A stretch of DNA of 56,118 nucleotides from Octopus bimaculoides (Eukaryota). This document shows, one piece after another, positions 12,257 through 24,899 of this stretch. How positions within the stretch are numbered: the stretch's first letter is position 1; every line of letters begins with the position of its first letter. Location of the stretch: NCBI RefSeq assembly GCF_001194135.2, contig NC_068981.1:73588178-73644295 (forward strand), read 5' to 3'. Below the pieces are notes generated by a model that was not told where the DNA came from, did not search any database, and worked only from the letters and a program-made list of their open reading frames with translations. The translations under genes and the position numbers were made by a program.

Positions 12257-12347
12257 CTTTGTATATGTCAGTGTGCGGGTGTGTATCGATGGCCACTACA
12301 CACGTTTTTTTCTCTCCTTTTTTTCTCTTCTTGTTTCTCTCCTTGTT

Positions 12348-12385
12348 TCTTTCTGTTGAAGGGCGTAGGCTCGAAACGTTAAAGA
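12348..12385 (+). ncRNA. Minimal hammerhead-like motif, variant core CTGTTGA
   Basis: Stem I TCTTT/AAAGA; an extra A after the core; stem II GGGC-GTAG-GCTC; GAAACGTT. A homolog lies at 52661-52696. Confidence 0.6.
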
Positions 12386-12474
12386 CTTTCTCTGTTCCTG
12401 AGCGTTATACTAATACATCCATTTGTTGTCTACACAACCTGTCTTCGTCTGTTGTTTTTTTCGTGAATTCTCCC

Positions 12475-12476
<2 letters not shown>

Positions 12477-12546
<70 letters not shown>
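12477..12546. repeat. (TA)n microsatellite
   Basis: Direct reading. Confidence 0.97.
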
Positions 12547-12550
<4 letters not shown>

Positions 12551-13404
12551 TCTCAATATATGCAAATACGTATGCATATATAAATACATGCAAAAACACA
12601 AGCACACACACACACACACACACGCACGCACGCACACAACACGCACACATTCACACACACACACACATATACGTGCACAAAAAAAAAAGCCCATGTGAAA
12701 AATAAAATCCTCCGATATTTCTAAGTATTAGTTTTGGTTTATCTGGATATGGATACATGCAAATATATGCATTCGAAATACGGATACACGCATACATATG
12801 CACTCAAAATATCGATAGACGGATACATATGCATTTTTAATGAACAGGAAGTAAAGATAAAGAAACAAGATACGGGAAGTTATTCATTATGATTTATCCG
12901 CATAAAATAAGATAGTGACAAAGGAAATCCAAAACGAAGCTTTCTCAAAGGCCGGCTGGTAAGAATCCAGCTGAACATTCAGATCTTTTTTATTGGTTCA
13001 GTCCCTGCAAACGTTTATAGTTTTAACAGAATGTACTTTATGTGTGAACTCTGTGTGGTCATTATTTGCATAATTTTACCCGTCTTATTTGGTGTAAGCT
13101 AAACGCCGCGAAAATTGTTTTCATCGTGGTGGCCTGATAATATAACTACGAATATATTTATCGTTCGTTGTCTTTTGACACTTGTTCGCTCTTGGAAATG
13201 GTTTACGTATGTTCGGAACAAACAAGCTTTTACTGTACTGAAAGATAAAAACCTTGAAACAGAAATTTATATCTGGGTTGAAGAATTCTCAGCGATTACA
13301 TTCCGATCTAAGAAAGCGATAAAACTTGGTATCGTTTCTGGAATTCAGCCGACATAATATTTGTTTTTTAAGGAACAGAAAGTACACACACAGTAGAAAG
13401 AAAA

Positions 13405-13413
13405 ACGCGCGCG

Positions 13414-13476
<63 letters not shown>
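13405..13476. repeat. (GC)n/(CA)n microsatellite
   Basis: Direct reading. Confidence 0.95.
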
Positions 13477-13482
<6 letters not shown>

Positions 13483-13901
13483 ACGTGTGCGTGCTCACAA
13501 AGTGAGAGAGGGTGTTTGAAAGAGATTTCACCTCATTCCTCGGTAATTGTTCGGAGAGGTAGAAGTTAAAATCGTTAGTATATCAGCTTTCTAGCTGAAG
13601 GATTAGCTGCTCATATCCAATCAGTATCACTCTATTATGTTCTGTTAAACCCTAAATATGAACCCATGCAACACGGCCTACTATTTCAGTATCTCATATA
13701 TTTTACTACTTCGGTTATTACTCAATTAACAAATGCATTGACATACGAACGTACAAAAACATACACAACAAAATGAAAGCTTTATGATAGAATTAAATGG
13801 GACAATGCGCAAATATAAGCTAATACGAATGTTTTCAGTTCTTTACAAATAACTTATATTTACATACAGAAATACACACGTACTACACGTTTACATATAC
13901 G

Positions 13902-13956
13902 CATACATACATACATACATACATACATACATACATACATACATACATACATACAT
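13902..13956. repeat. (CATA)n microsatellite
   Basis: Direct reading. Confidence 0.95.
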
Positions 13957-14352
13957 AGGCGCCGGAGTGGCTGTGTGGTAAGTAGCTTGCCTACCAACCA
14001 CATGGTTCCGGGTTCAGTCCCACTGCGTGGCACCTTGGGCAAGTGTCTTCTACTATAGCCTCGGGCCGACCAAAGACTTGTCAGTGGATTTGGTAGACGG
14101 AAACTGAAAGAAGCCCGTCGTATGTATGTATACGTATATATATGTTTGTGTGTCTGTGTTTGTCCCTCAACATCGCTTGACAACCGATGCTGGTGTGTTT
14201 ACGTCCCTGTAACTTAGCGTTTCGGCAAAGAGACCGATAGAATAAGTACTAGGCTTACAAAGAATAAGTCCTGGGGTCGATTTTCCCGATTAAAGGCGGT
14301 GCTCCAGCATGGCCGCAGTCAAATGACTGAAACAAGTAAAAGAGTAAAAGAA
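13957..14352 (+). mobile_element. SINE family B (CORE-type, OR2-like tentative), full length
   Basis: A-box TGGCTGTGTGG, B-box GGTTCAGTCCC, CORE-like CACCTTGGGCAAGT, an internal TA/TG tract and tail TGACTGAAACAAGTAAAAGAGTAAAAG. Several homologs occur in the window. Confidence 0.92.
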
Positions 14353-15904
14353 TATACACGCACGCATACACACACATCTCTGTTGTGGACAAATGCATGA
14401 AAATCACCACAGAATCATCGTCTCTTTAGTGGCGTGTTCATCTCATAATTGTAAAAAAAAGAAACAAATGACAGTTTGGTTTCATAGTTTGATGTTATAA
14501 AGGTAAAAATAATTTTATTAATTACTGAAGCACAGATTTACTGACGGCATTTTTTGTTTTATTTGTTACTTGTTAGGTTTGGAAGAAGAGGCAGTTCCTA
14601 TAATTTTCGAGGCCTGTGAGACTGATACTGCTAAAGTTCCGCTTAAATTAATACAAGTTGATTACTAAGAAAGACATGAGCTGGGAAAAAATTCTAGAGG
14701 ATCGAGTTTTTCTCGGGTGGGAAAAAAATTGACGTAGTCGTTAGTACGACTACGGAGTGATCGAGAAAGCTCTTTAGATGCATGCTACTCATGTTTCGGA
14801 GAAAAGGTGTGAGATGCGGTGATATGTTCATGCTGGAATGGTATGAAATACACTATGATTTCATTTTATTTATCTTTTAAGAAGGGAGACTTGATAAAAT
14901 GTATGCAGGAGTTCTTTATTCAAAGAATCAGTGAAGATTTGATATCAGGTATATTGACTGCCTGTAGAAATGACTATTTAGCAAAGGTCAAAGGAAAATG
15001 AAAGATGACATTATCTGCATAAGAGAAGGCGTTGTTGGACGTGAAAACAAGGCAAGTTCATTGTTGTTTGGAAAAGGTATGTACAGGCAAGAGGATACAG
15101 TATAAGGTAGTGAGAGCTTTGTCAGCTCAGGCCTCGATAGTGCGATCTGATTGGAAGCTATCAACTGAAGAGATGAGAAGAATATCAAACCGATAGGCTG
15201 GCAATTTTGGCAAGAGGTTCGCACTTCTAACACAGTGAAACTTTTGCTGAGATCAGTAGCAACAATATCAGATTAACCAAATTTCTCACGGAAGAAGCCC
15301 ACTGGTGACAAAGGCATCCTGGTAGATCTAGGTCACTAGATCTCCAGGACGCTATACTGCTAGTCACGCTGGAAGGGAAGAGAGCAAGAGAGAGAGAGGG
15401 GGAGGAGAGAGGAGGGAGAGAATTAGGTAGACAGAGGCAGGGAGAGACAGAGAGAAGGAGATTCAGGGGAAAAGAGAAACAAAAGAAATTTAAGTGCGTT
15501 TTCACTTGTCTTGCCTTTTCTGCACCGACTTGACTACTTTAGAAGTAGTGAGGAATGATCATCTAACGTGGTAAACAATTATAGCCGTAGGATTTGATAC
15601 TAGTGTATTCCTAGAAGGGTAGATCTCTGTTCAAAGCCTATTCCTTTAAACAATGGAGTTAATTATATCGACAAAGTCAGGGCCTGTAAACAATACCAAA
15701 TATTCGTCATGAATCATGCCATTCCTGATTGGTCCCTTTCAATAAACTACGGCATAGTTGTATTATTACAAGCTATAAAACAGGTCATACGCAACGAAAC
15801 AAAAATAGTAAACATTGAAAGATCAACTGGACATGTGAAAGGTACAGTTTGGGGCTATAAAATATTGCGACGCTATACAAACATAACCTGTCCACATTTT
15901 CACG

Positions 15905-15905
<1 letters not shown>

Positions 15906-15952
<47 letters not shown>
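15906..15952. repeat. (TA)n microsatellite abutting a PLE
   Basis: Direct reading. Confidence 0.97.
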
Positions 15953-15956
<4 letters not shown>

Positions 15957-17260
15957 AAGCCTTACAGATACTGAAGAATGACAACACAATCATCCTAAAA
16001 GAAGCCGACAAGGGAGGGGCAATAGTTATCGTGGACAAAGACTATTATAAAGATAAAATATTGGAAATGTTAACAAACCAAGGAAGAACCAAGACACTCA
16101 GAAAAAACGATAATGAATGAATGAAAAAACGATAATGAATGAAATCAGAAGGCTAATCAATGAATTCCAAGATTCTTTCACTGACAATGAAAAAGAGTAT
16201 ATATGCAACTCTGTTATCAAAGAGAGCAATTTCTACGGATTACCCAAAATCCACAAAAGCCCCATCCACCTATCCATCAAATTCACGACAGAATCCAGTT
16301 GCAATGAACTACCATTCCTGGATATCCACATAGAAATACAGAAATCCACAGTCACAACAGACATATTTTACAAAAAAAAAAAGCAAACAAACTGACACAC
16401 ACCAATATTTACACTTCTATTCTTGCCATCTATTACACATCAAAAGAAACATTCCATACAGCATCGCAAGACGCATTTGTGCTATAGTGACTGACCCCAA
16501 AATACGTGAAATCCGACTCAACGAACTCAAAGGCTTCCTCACAATGCAGAAATACCCCATAGGATTAATTAATGAAGGAATTAAAAAGGCGATGAAACTG
16601 AATATCACCCAACTACGGACACCTAATGAAAAAGTTAATGAAAACACGATTCCTTTCGTTAACACACATAGTCCTGAAATAACCAACATCTTTCAAGCCA
16701 TAAAATTGAACTTACCTATACTCCTACAAAGCCTCAAAATGAAAACTCTGATTGAAAAACACACCTTACTGAATAGTAGACGCCAACCAAAAAATTTTTA
16801 AAAGCACCTCCCAAGAGCAGAATTCAAATCAGAGAATGAATCAGAATTCTTAGTAAAAGAATGTGGAGATAGGAGATGTGGAACGTGTAACAATACCAAC
16901 AACTACAAATACATAGAAAGTGGTTCCCACATAAAATTCAAGAGCGGATCCCTTTTCAAGATAAATTCAGATATGAACTACAAAACGCAAAACCTCATAT
17001 ACTGCATTACCTTCCCAAACTGCAAAGAAAATTACATTGGCGAAACAAATAATTCCCTCTGCCAACGTGCAAGAATCCACAGAAAACATATCCGACTAGA
17101 CGAATTATGCAAGATTCCTTTAAGTAAGCATCTGGAAGTATGCGGTGACAGAAAATTCCAGATTTTTCCCTTTTACAAATGTGCACTGGACGATCCGCAA
17201 TACCGAAAAGCAATGGAACTACATTTCATCAAAAAATTCTCTCCAAAATTGAATGTTTGA
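15953..17260 (+). mobile_element. Penelope-like element, RT core deleted, GIY-YIG endonuclease retained
   Basis: EADKGGAIVIVDKDYY (16001+); FYGLPKIHKS joined to IHLSIKFT..ELPFLDI; YLHFYSCH thumb region; CGDRRCGTC linker; LIYCI..NCKENYIGET...R..H...AMELHFIKKFSPKLNV (ORF 16973-17260). Confidence 0.93.
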
Positions 17261-17623
17261 AAGAAAAGCAGAGACAAACTACACTTTATCAAAAAAATTC
17301 CCTCCGAATATGAATGTTTGGAAGGGATATATTCTAAATATAACTCAAAGAGGTGAAAAAAGAAAAAAAAAAGGAGGAAAAAGGAAGGAAAAAAGGAAAG
17401 AAGAAAAAAAAGAGAAGAAAAAAAGAAGAGGGATAGAAGGAAAGCAAAAAGACTTTCAGGGATGACCAAGCCACACCTTTTTTTAAGTGGTCACCGTCCT
17501 TAAACTCATTCCAACGGTAAAAGGAAAAAGCAATTAAATAAATGAATGAAGGGTGAATAGGAAGGTGGATACTCCTTCTCTCTCTCTTACCCTCTACCCA
17601 TCTGTCTATCTGTGTGACTAACT

Positions 17624-17626
17624 ATA

Positions 17627-17683
<57 letters not shown>
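17624..17683. repeat. (TATC)n microsatellite
   Basis: Direct reading. Confidence 0.95.
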
Positions 17684-17684
<1 letters not shown>

Positions 17685-17918
17685 CCCACCTATATTTCTA
17701 TCTATGCATCTCTATTGTCTTGGAACCTCACCCAAAAATCAAAAACAATGTTCTCTTCTAAAGGAAACCCCACAAAACGTCTGTTTTACATAAATGAACT
17801 ATCTGTTTGTATATTCACAAAATTGTATTTGGCAAATTCTAGAGGGGAACGAAAGCGCTAATAATAATGAAAAAATAAAAGGATTTTTTTTCCAAAATTC
17901 TGACGACTTTTTTTCTCA

Positions 17919-17962
<44 letters not shown>

Positions 17963-18590
17963 ATGTATGTATGTGAGTGTGTGCGTGTGTGCGTACGTGC
18001 GCGCAAGTGTGTGTGTGTGTTTGTGTGTGTTGCAATTGATGGACTTCGAAGAAATAAATTTCAAAGTGAAATTGTAAATTATTGCACGAAGTAAACTTAG
18101 AACAATCTCCGAAACAGTCACCGTGGTTCATCAATCATGCGTAGCTCGCTAATCACAGTACAATAATTACTATCCAATCATTCTAAATAATTATTTCTTG
18201 CGAAACATGACATTTTTAGGTAGTGATGTCGGTAGAGAATTATGAAGATGTGACACTTACGAATTTCAAAAAAGCATTCGCAATGTAAGGGAAATGAAAG
18301 AACCTGTGTTTGAATCTGATTTAGTACAATATAATGACTTAAAAATGTTGATTTGTATCTACAATAATTTGTTTAGTTTGTTGTGCTGAGGGTGCTATAT
18401 TGTGTAGATGCAAAATATTACTTTAATGAAATGGAATTATTAAAAATATTATAACAGAAAATATAGTAGAACATAAAACTGCGCATGGCAGCTTCTGACT
18501 ATGTTTTCTAAAACGAGTACAAAGGAATAAAATTCGGGGAAAGAATATATTCTATTATATCGGCTTCACTACTTGTTTCTTCTTCCTGGA

Positions 18591-18857
18591 GTGGAGGCGC
18601 AATGGCCTAGTGATTAGGGCAGCGGACTCGCAGTCATAGGATCGCGGTTTCGATTGCCAGACCGGGCGTTGTGAGTGTTTATTGAGGGAAAACACCTAAA
18701 GCTCCACGAGGCTCCGGCAGGGGATGGTGGCGAACCCTGCTGTACTCTTTCACCGCAACTTTCTCTCACTCTTTCTTCCTGTTTCTGTTGTGCCTGTAAT
18801 TCAAAGGGTCAGCCTTGTCACACTGTGTCACGCTGAATATCCCCGAGAACTACGTTA
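18591..18857 (+). mobile_element. SINE family C, running into an N-gap
   Basis: GGAGGCGCAATGGCCTAGTG head, GGTTTCGATTGCC B-box; body nearly identical to 44160-44546. Confidence 0.92.
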
Positions 18858-19811
18858 NNNNNNNNNNNNNNNNNNNNNNNNNNNNNNNNNNNNNNNNNNN
18901 NNNNNNNNNNNNNNNNNNNNNNNNNNNNNNNNNNNNNNNNNNNNNNNNNNNNNNNNNNNNNNNNNNNNNNNNNNNNNNNNNNNNNNNNNNNNNNNNNNNN
19001 NNNNNNNNNNNNNNNNNNNNNNNNNNNNNNNNNNNNNNNNNNNNNNNNNNNNNNNNNNNNNNNNNNNNNNNNNNNNNNNNNNNNNNNNNNNNNNNNNNNN
19101 NNNNNNNNNNNNNNNNNNNNNNNNNNNNNNNNNNNNNNNNNNNNNNNNNNNNNNNNNNNNNNNNNNNNNNNNNNNNNNNNTTTTTTTTTTTTTTTTTTTT
19201 TTGTTCAGATGCTCTATCACCATACCATCACCTGCATGCAAGGACGGAGAATTTTTTACATGTATTAGAGAATACCGTTTGCAAACGGTATTCTTTGAAA
19301 CATGCAAATATATTCTACAGACAGCTAATTACTTCCAAGCGGAAACACAGTTAAGCAACGTGCGGTCGAAGACTGACTTAACGAATGACTTAAAGAATGT
19401 AGAGGAGGGAGGACAAGTGCATGGTGCCAGTCACTTGGACACTTAATTCTCAAAAATCGACGTCTGTTCATCGAGCTATGAGAAAATCAGTTTGCGATGG
19501 AAGTTTAGCACTTGAAGGCCCTTCATCGACAAGATCACAGACTGTGAGGAAAGAACTCTGACGAACCAACTTATTGATATTTCTCTCTCTATACATTTCA
19601 CTTATGCACAAACATTTTGACATCTTAGTAATTATGCTTTATTGTAGAACAAAATGCGCAATTTCAATAATTTATTTTCCACCATCTGTACTTTTCGACC
19701 TCTGAGTTCCCGTCAGTACAATCGGTGCAAAATAAATTGAGAAAAATTGAGATTTCCAGGAAAATTTATCGTCTGTGCGTGGCTAGTGTACTGTGTTTAT
19801 TGCAGGGAAAG

Positions 19812-19931
<120 letters not shown>

Positions 19932-20994
19932 TTAAGAGAGGAACACCACCCGTTGTCCTCTCTGATTTTTTTTCTGCTCTCTTGGTTAAAGTGTATTCTA
20001 TTCGATATAAATATCACACGAATTTCATTCTGAACTTAGGCTTATGTGAGTACGTCTGCAATTCTATCATCAGAGGAGGCTGATTGACAAGTACCGATAA
20101 ATAACTGCTATAAATCCAGTTTGCAACAAGCCCTTACAATGAAGAGAGAAGTGAAAGTGATTTACGCCAATCAGCTTTGAGGATGAAAGAGAAAAAGTAA
20201 TTCTTACAATTATAGCTGTTGTTCATCTGCCTCGACCGCTGTTGATGCCCCTAACTGCTTAATACATTAAGAATTCTTTCACTACGATATTCTTAATATT
20301 AGGTGGACGGTACAAATTTTCCTAATTTTTTTTTTCTTTTTGTTTTTGCTTTAATTCAATAGATTGTTGACATTCTACATAACCTTGTACTGAACAGGCC
20401 TGAGAGACGGAAATTTATACACACAGATGGCGAAATATAAACTGCTGAAAGCGAACACTTCGCTGCTCTAAGCGTTCTGTTAGGCTAAATGAAACAATTT
20501 TGTATATGGAGTATTAATGAAGGGAGATAAGTGGTTGCCATCTCCTTTATTCGTTCTCTCATGTGATAGCAGTGTGTGTGTGTGTGTGTGTGTATACATA
20601 CATACAACCGAAAGGTTAGTCGTCACTATGTGTGTATGTGTGTGTATATATATGCATGTATGTGTATGTATGCATGTATATATGTATGTATATATGCATG
20701 TATGTATGTGTGTTGCTATTGCATCTTAGTAGGATCATGACGCCAATAGTATATACATATATGTATATAGTAAAATTTGGCTCACGCCATTTCTAGCAAA
20801 TTGGCGCTTTAGTGGTGAATAGGTAAATATTTCCGAGTGATTAATTAATCTTATACATTACAGGTCTAGTTTCCTCATCGTTATTAATCCGAGGATAGTG
20901 TTAATCATATAATGAAATTCGATAAATATGAGCATTGCTCCGCACTGTATTTATTTATAGCAGTTATTGTTGTAATAATGGGTGTAGCAGCAGT

Positions 20995-21130
20995 ATATGG
21001 AAATGATGATTATGATGACAGTGATGATGATAATGATGATGATGATGATGATGATAATGAGGAAGAGGAGGATGATTGTCATTTTGTTGTGAATGACGGT
21101 CCTGGTTAATGATAATGATGTTGATGATGG
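20995..21130. repeat. (GAT)n-rich trinucleotide tract
   Basis: Direct reading. Confidence 0.9.
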
Positions 21131-22193
21131 GAGGAGAAAGAACAGTTGTCGGGAAAAGTAGAAAGAGGAGGATTGAATGATGTAATGGATGGGAAAGAGA
21201 AAAAAAAACAGAGAGAAAACAGCAAAAGGTTGATGGATGATGGTGACGAAGAATGTATTGTTTTTCAGGGAGTGTGTCCATATATACGTGTTACGCGCGC
21301 GCGCATGTGTGTGTGTGTGTGTCCGTGTGTGTGTGTGTGTGTGTGTAAACTAATTAATCACCACGATGCTCAAACACAGCTTCATGCTCAGAAACACATG
21401 CACACGTACACACATACAACATCCAAAAACGTACGCGCATACACGTCAGATCAAGCATCTAAATTGTTTTATTGTTGTTGTTGTTGTTGTTGGTCTTCTT
21501 AGCCGCACCTGAATATTACTCGCGTTCCACGTAGTTTGAGAAACAACGTTAGAATTAATTACCAGTATTGTATAAAATTAACGCCGGAGATCGGATAGTA
21601 GCCAATACATTGGACGAACGTTTAGTTGGAAATAGAGAGACACGGAGAGAGTAAGAGAAAGAGGAAGTGAGAGAGACAGACAGAAAGACGGACAGAAAGA
21701 GAGAAAGAGGGAGTAGAGTTTGTCTAATGAAATATTACTCTGTTCTCTTTTTACAGATATATTGACTGATTTGCAAAACAAGGCTGAAGAAAAGATGCTG
21801 AGATAATTGGTTTCATTTCACTAGGAATGCATTATAAAAAATAGTGCTAGCCCAATCAAGTGTGGATGATAGGCTGTTAAACGAAAGGGTTTACAGTTCA
21901 GATCACGTCATAGGAGTAAGTTGAGCTGCGTTTGTGTCCAAAAGGCAAGAAAATTAACTCTATAATAGTTTATTCATGGAAATGAGAAACAATGCAACAG
22001 TAAGAACTCAACATATTTGATGAGCTATTTTAGCCTGTCAAGCTTAGTCTCAATGTTTTCGTGAGTTTAGGTTTAAGAGAGTTTTATCTTAGACAGATGT
22101 AGAGTCTTCTGTGGTACCTCGAAGATTCGACAGTAAATATGTCATATACAGAGAAGTTACTGCATATTGTTTTCTGCCAGCCTCTAGCACCGC

Positions 22194-22414
22194 GGTTCGA
22201 AATTTTGACATAAGGTCAGCAATTTCCGGGGATAGAGTCAGTCAATTACATCGAGGCCAGTGTACAACTGGTACTTATTTCATCGACCCCGAAATGATGA
22301 AAAGCAAAGCCAACCTCAGCGGCATATGACGCAGAAGGTAAAGAAAGGTAAAGACAGACAAAATGCCGCTAAGCATTTTGTCCCGCCTGCTAGCGATTCT
22401 ACCTGCTCGTCGCC
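22194..22414 (-). mobile_element. SINE family A, diverged full-length copy
   Basis: ttcgaaattttgacataagg...caactggtacttatttcatcgaccccgaaatgatgaaa...taagcattttg...acctgctcgtcgcct. Confidence 0.85.
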
Positions 22415-23489
22415 TAATCGCGGGCGCAAATATCACTGCATATAATACTCCAGCAAGGAATACTCTAAGTAATAGATTCTCAACAATGATTACTAATTAA
22501 CTGTGAGTGCCAGTAATATAACAGCAGAACAAGAAAGTTTAAAATTTGTTGTCTTGAAAATTCTAACGATGTTTTTAGTTGTGGAGCAATGTCGAAAAAG
22601 AAGGCTACCGGTGNNNNNNNNNNNNNNNNNNNNNNNNNNNNNNNNNNNNNNNNNNNNNNNNNNNNNNNNNNNNNNNNNNNNNNNNNNNNNNNNNNNNNNN
22701 NNNNNNNNNNNNNNNNNNNNNNNNNNNNNNNNNNNNNNNNNNNNNNNNNNNNNNNNNNNNNNNNNNNNNNNNNNNNNNNNNNNNNNNNNNNNNNNNNNNN
22801 NNNNNNNNNNNNNNNNNNNNNNNNNNNNNNNNNNNNNNNNNNNNNNNNNNNNNNNNNNNNNNNNNNNNNNNNNNNNNNNNNNNNNNNNNNNNNNNNNNNN
22901 NNNNNNNNNNNNNNNNNNNNNNNNNNNNNNNNNNNNNNNNNNNNNNNNNNNNNNNNNNNNNNNNNNNNNNNNNNNNNNNNNNNNNNNNNNNNNNNNNNNN
23001 NNNNNNNNNNNNNNNNNNNNNNNNNNNNNNNNNNNNNNNNNNNNNNNNNNNNNNNNNNNNNNNNNNNNNNNNNNNNNNNNNNNNNNNNNNNNNNNNNNNN
23101 NNNNNNNNNNNNNNNNNNNNNNNNNNNNNNNNNNNNNNNNNNNNNNNNNNNNNNNNNNNNNNNNNNNNNNNNNNNNNNNNNNNNNNNNNNNNNNNNNNNN
23201 NNNNNNNNNNNNNNNATATATATATATATATAATATGAAATGTAACTCGTCTGGAATGGTAGAACAATGCAGAGTGGACTATAATAACTTTTACAAATAA
23301 TTAAATTATTTACAGTCTAATATTTCAGAATATAATAATTCCTTATTCAGAGATTGGTAAGAAGTAATGGAGTCGCTGAGATAACGGTTACTGAAATCTG
23401 TCGGATGCATTACTGCAATGGTTTCACGAAGCTTTTTCCAGAATTCCTCATGAGAATTGCATGATGGCAGTCATGTCTTGAGCTCATGC

Positions 23490-24440
23490 GTATTAACATA
23501 CTCGTAGCGCCGCTTCCAAGTTATGTATCTTTTGTACATTTTTATATGATGTTTTGTTATATGAGCATACTACCATCGTTTGTGCAGGGTGTCGATGTTG
23601 TTTAATAAGACAGTGAGTGTTAACTTCCAACATGTTGTTAAGTTGGGGCCCTAATCTGTCTATGAGGATAGCCTCCTTAATTCTTAAATTCCCTAAATTT
23701 CTGTCAGTGGCCTCATTTGTGACAGTTATGTTTTTGTCGGTGTTCCGGCATCTGTCTAGGAATTTTCTTCTGAAGGAGGCTCGTGTGTTTAGATGATCTT
23801 TGATGCGAATGTGTAATGGCCTTGTTGTGCTTCTCACGTAGAAATTGTTGCATCTGTTACATTTGTCACATGTACCCGTTGACATAACTCTGTGTCACGG
23901 ATGGGACAGTTAGCTACTGTGCATTGATTGCTGTCCCTTGAACGTTTCTTTGCTATTCTCAGAGGGGCCGTAATGGGCTAGTTGTATGTCTAACCCTTCT
24001 CTTGTTATAGCTCTTCGGATGGCTGAAGTTATCCACTCGCTAAAATGGGGTATTTTAAGGAAGCATGTGTTGCTGGGTTTTCTGCGTGTTTGGCGTTTGT
24101 CGTCTCGGGTATTTAAGCCGATTCACCAGTTGGTACCAGTTGGTTTTCAATACCTCTAGGAAGCGTAGGTGTGAGTCACCTTGTCCTCTGCCCTGCTACA
24201 CTTGCTCTGGATGCGTGTTAGTTAATTTCTGGTGTATCCTATTTTGGCACCGAGTAGAAGGGCTGAATTATAGTGAACAAACATATCTCTACTAGCTGCT
24301 TTCCTGTAGAACTTGGTGTGAATCTCTACTTTTTCCTTTATTTTTAATATTTTTCATTTTGTCCTGTTCTGGTGTTTTGCGAAATTTTTCTGGAGAACAT
24401 TATTTTTCTTTGTGGTTGGGTTGTTGACCTCTTTCTAGTA
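23490..24440 (-). mobile_element. Decayed PLE: thumb, linker and GIY-YIG endonuclease
   Basis: Reverse-complement translations: RKAASRDMFVHYNSAL; LKIPHFSEWITSAIRRAI; CTVANCPIRD; C..CNNFYVRSTTRPLHIRIKDHL...NLRIKEAILI..LGPQLN. Confidence 0.82.
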
Positions 24441-24502
24441 TATTGGATGTCCACCTAGCGGTCATCCCTTATACACGTATATATATATATATATATATAT
24501 AT

Positions 24503-24762
24503 ACAACGGGCTTCTTTCAGTTTCCATCTACAAAAAAATCCACCTACAAGGCTTTGATCGGCCCGCAGCTACAGTAGAAGACATTTACGCAAGATACCAC
24601 GCAGTGGGACTGAACCCGGAAGTATTAGGTTGGCAAGTAAGATTCTTACAAAGTCACTCATATATAAATATATATATATATATGATGGGCTCTTTTTCAG
24701 TTTGTCTCCCAAATCCACGTACATAGCTTCGGTCGGCCCGAAGCTATAGTAGAAGATAATTT
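24503..24762 (-). mobile_element. Two SINE family B head fragments (24503-24649, 24684-24755)
   Basis: gggcttctttcagtttcc...gtagaagac...cacgcagtgggactgaacccgg is the reverse complement of the family B head. Confidence 0.8.
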
Positions 24763-24899
24763 TTTACTACATGGCCACGTCTGCGCCTATATAGATAGAT
24801 ACATATGTGTGTGTTTGTACTTATGTGTCTGTGTGCGTTTGCGTGTGTGCGTGTGTGCAGATGTATATGTGTATTTATTTTCTTTTCCAGGCGTATATC

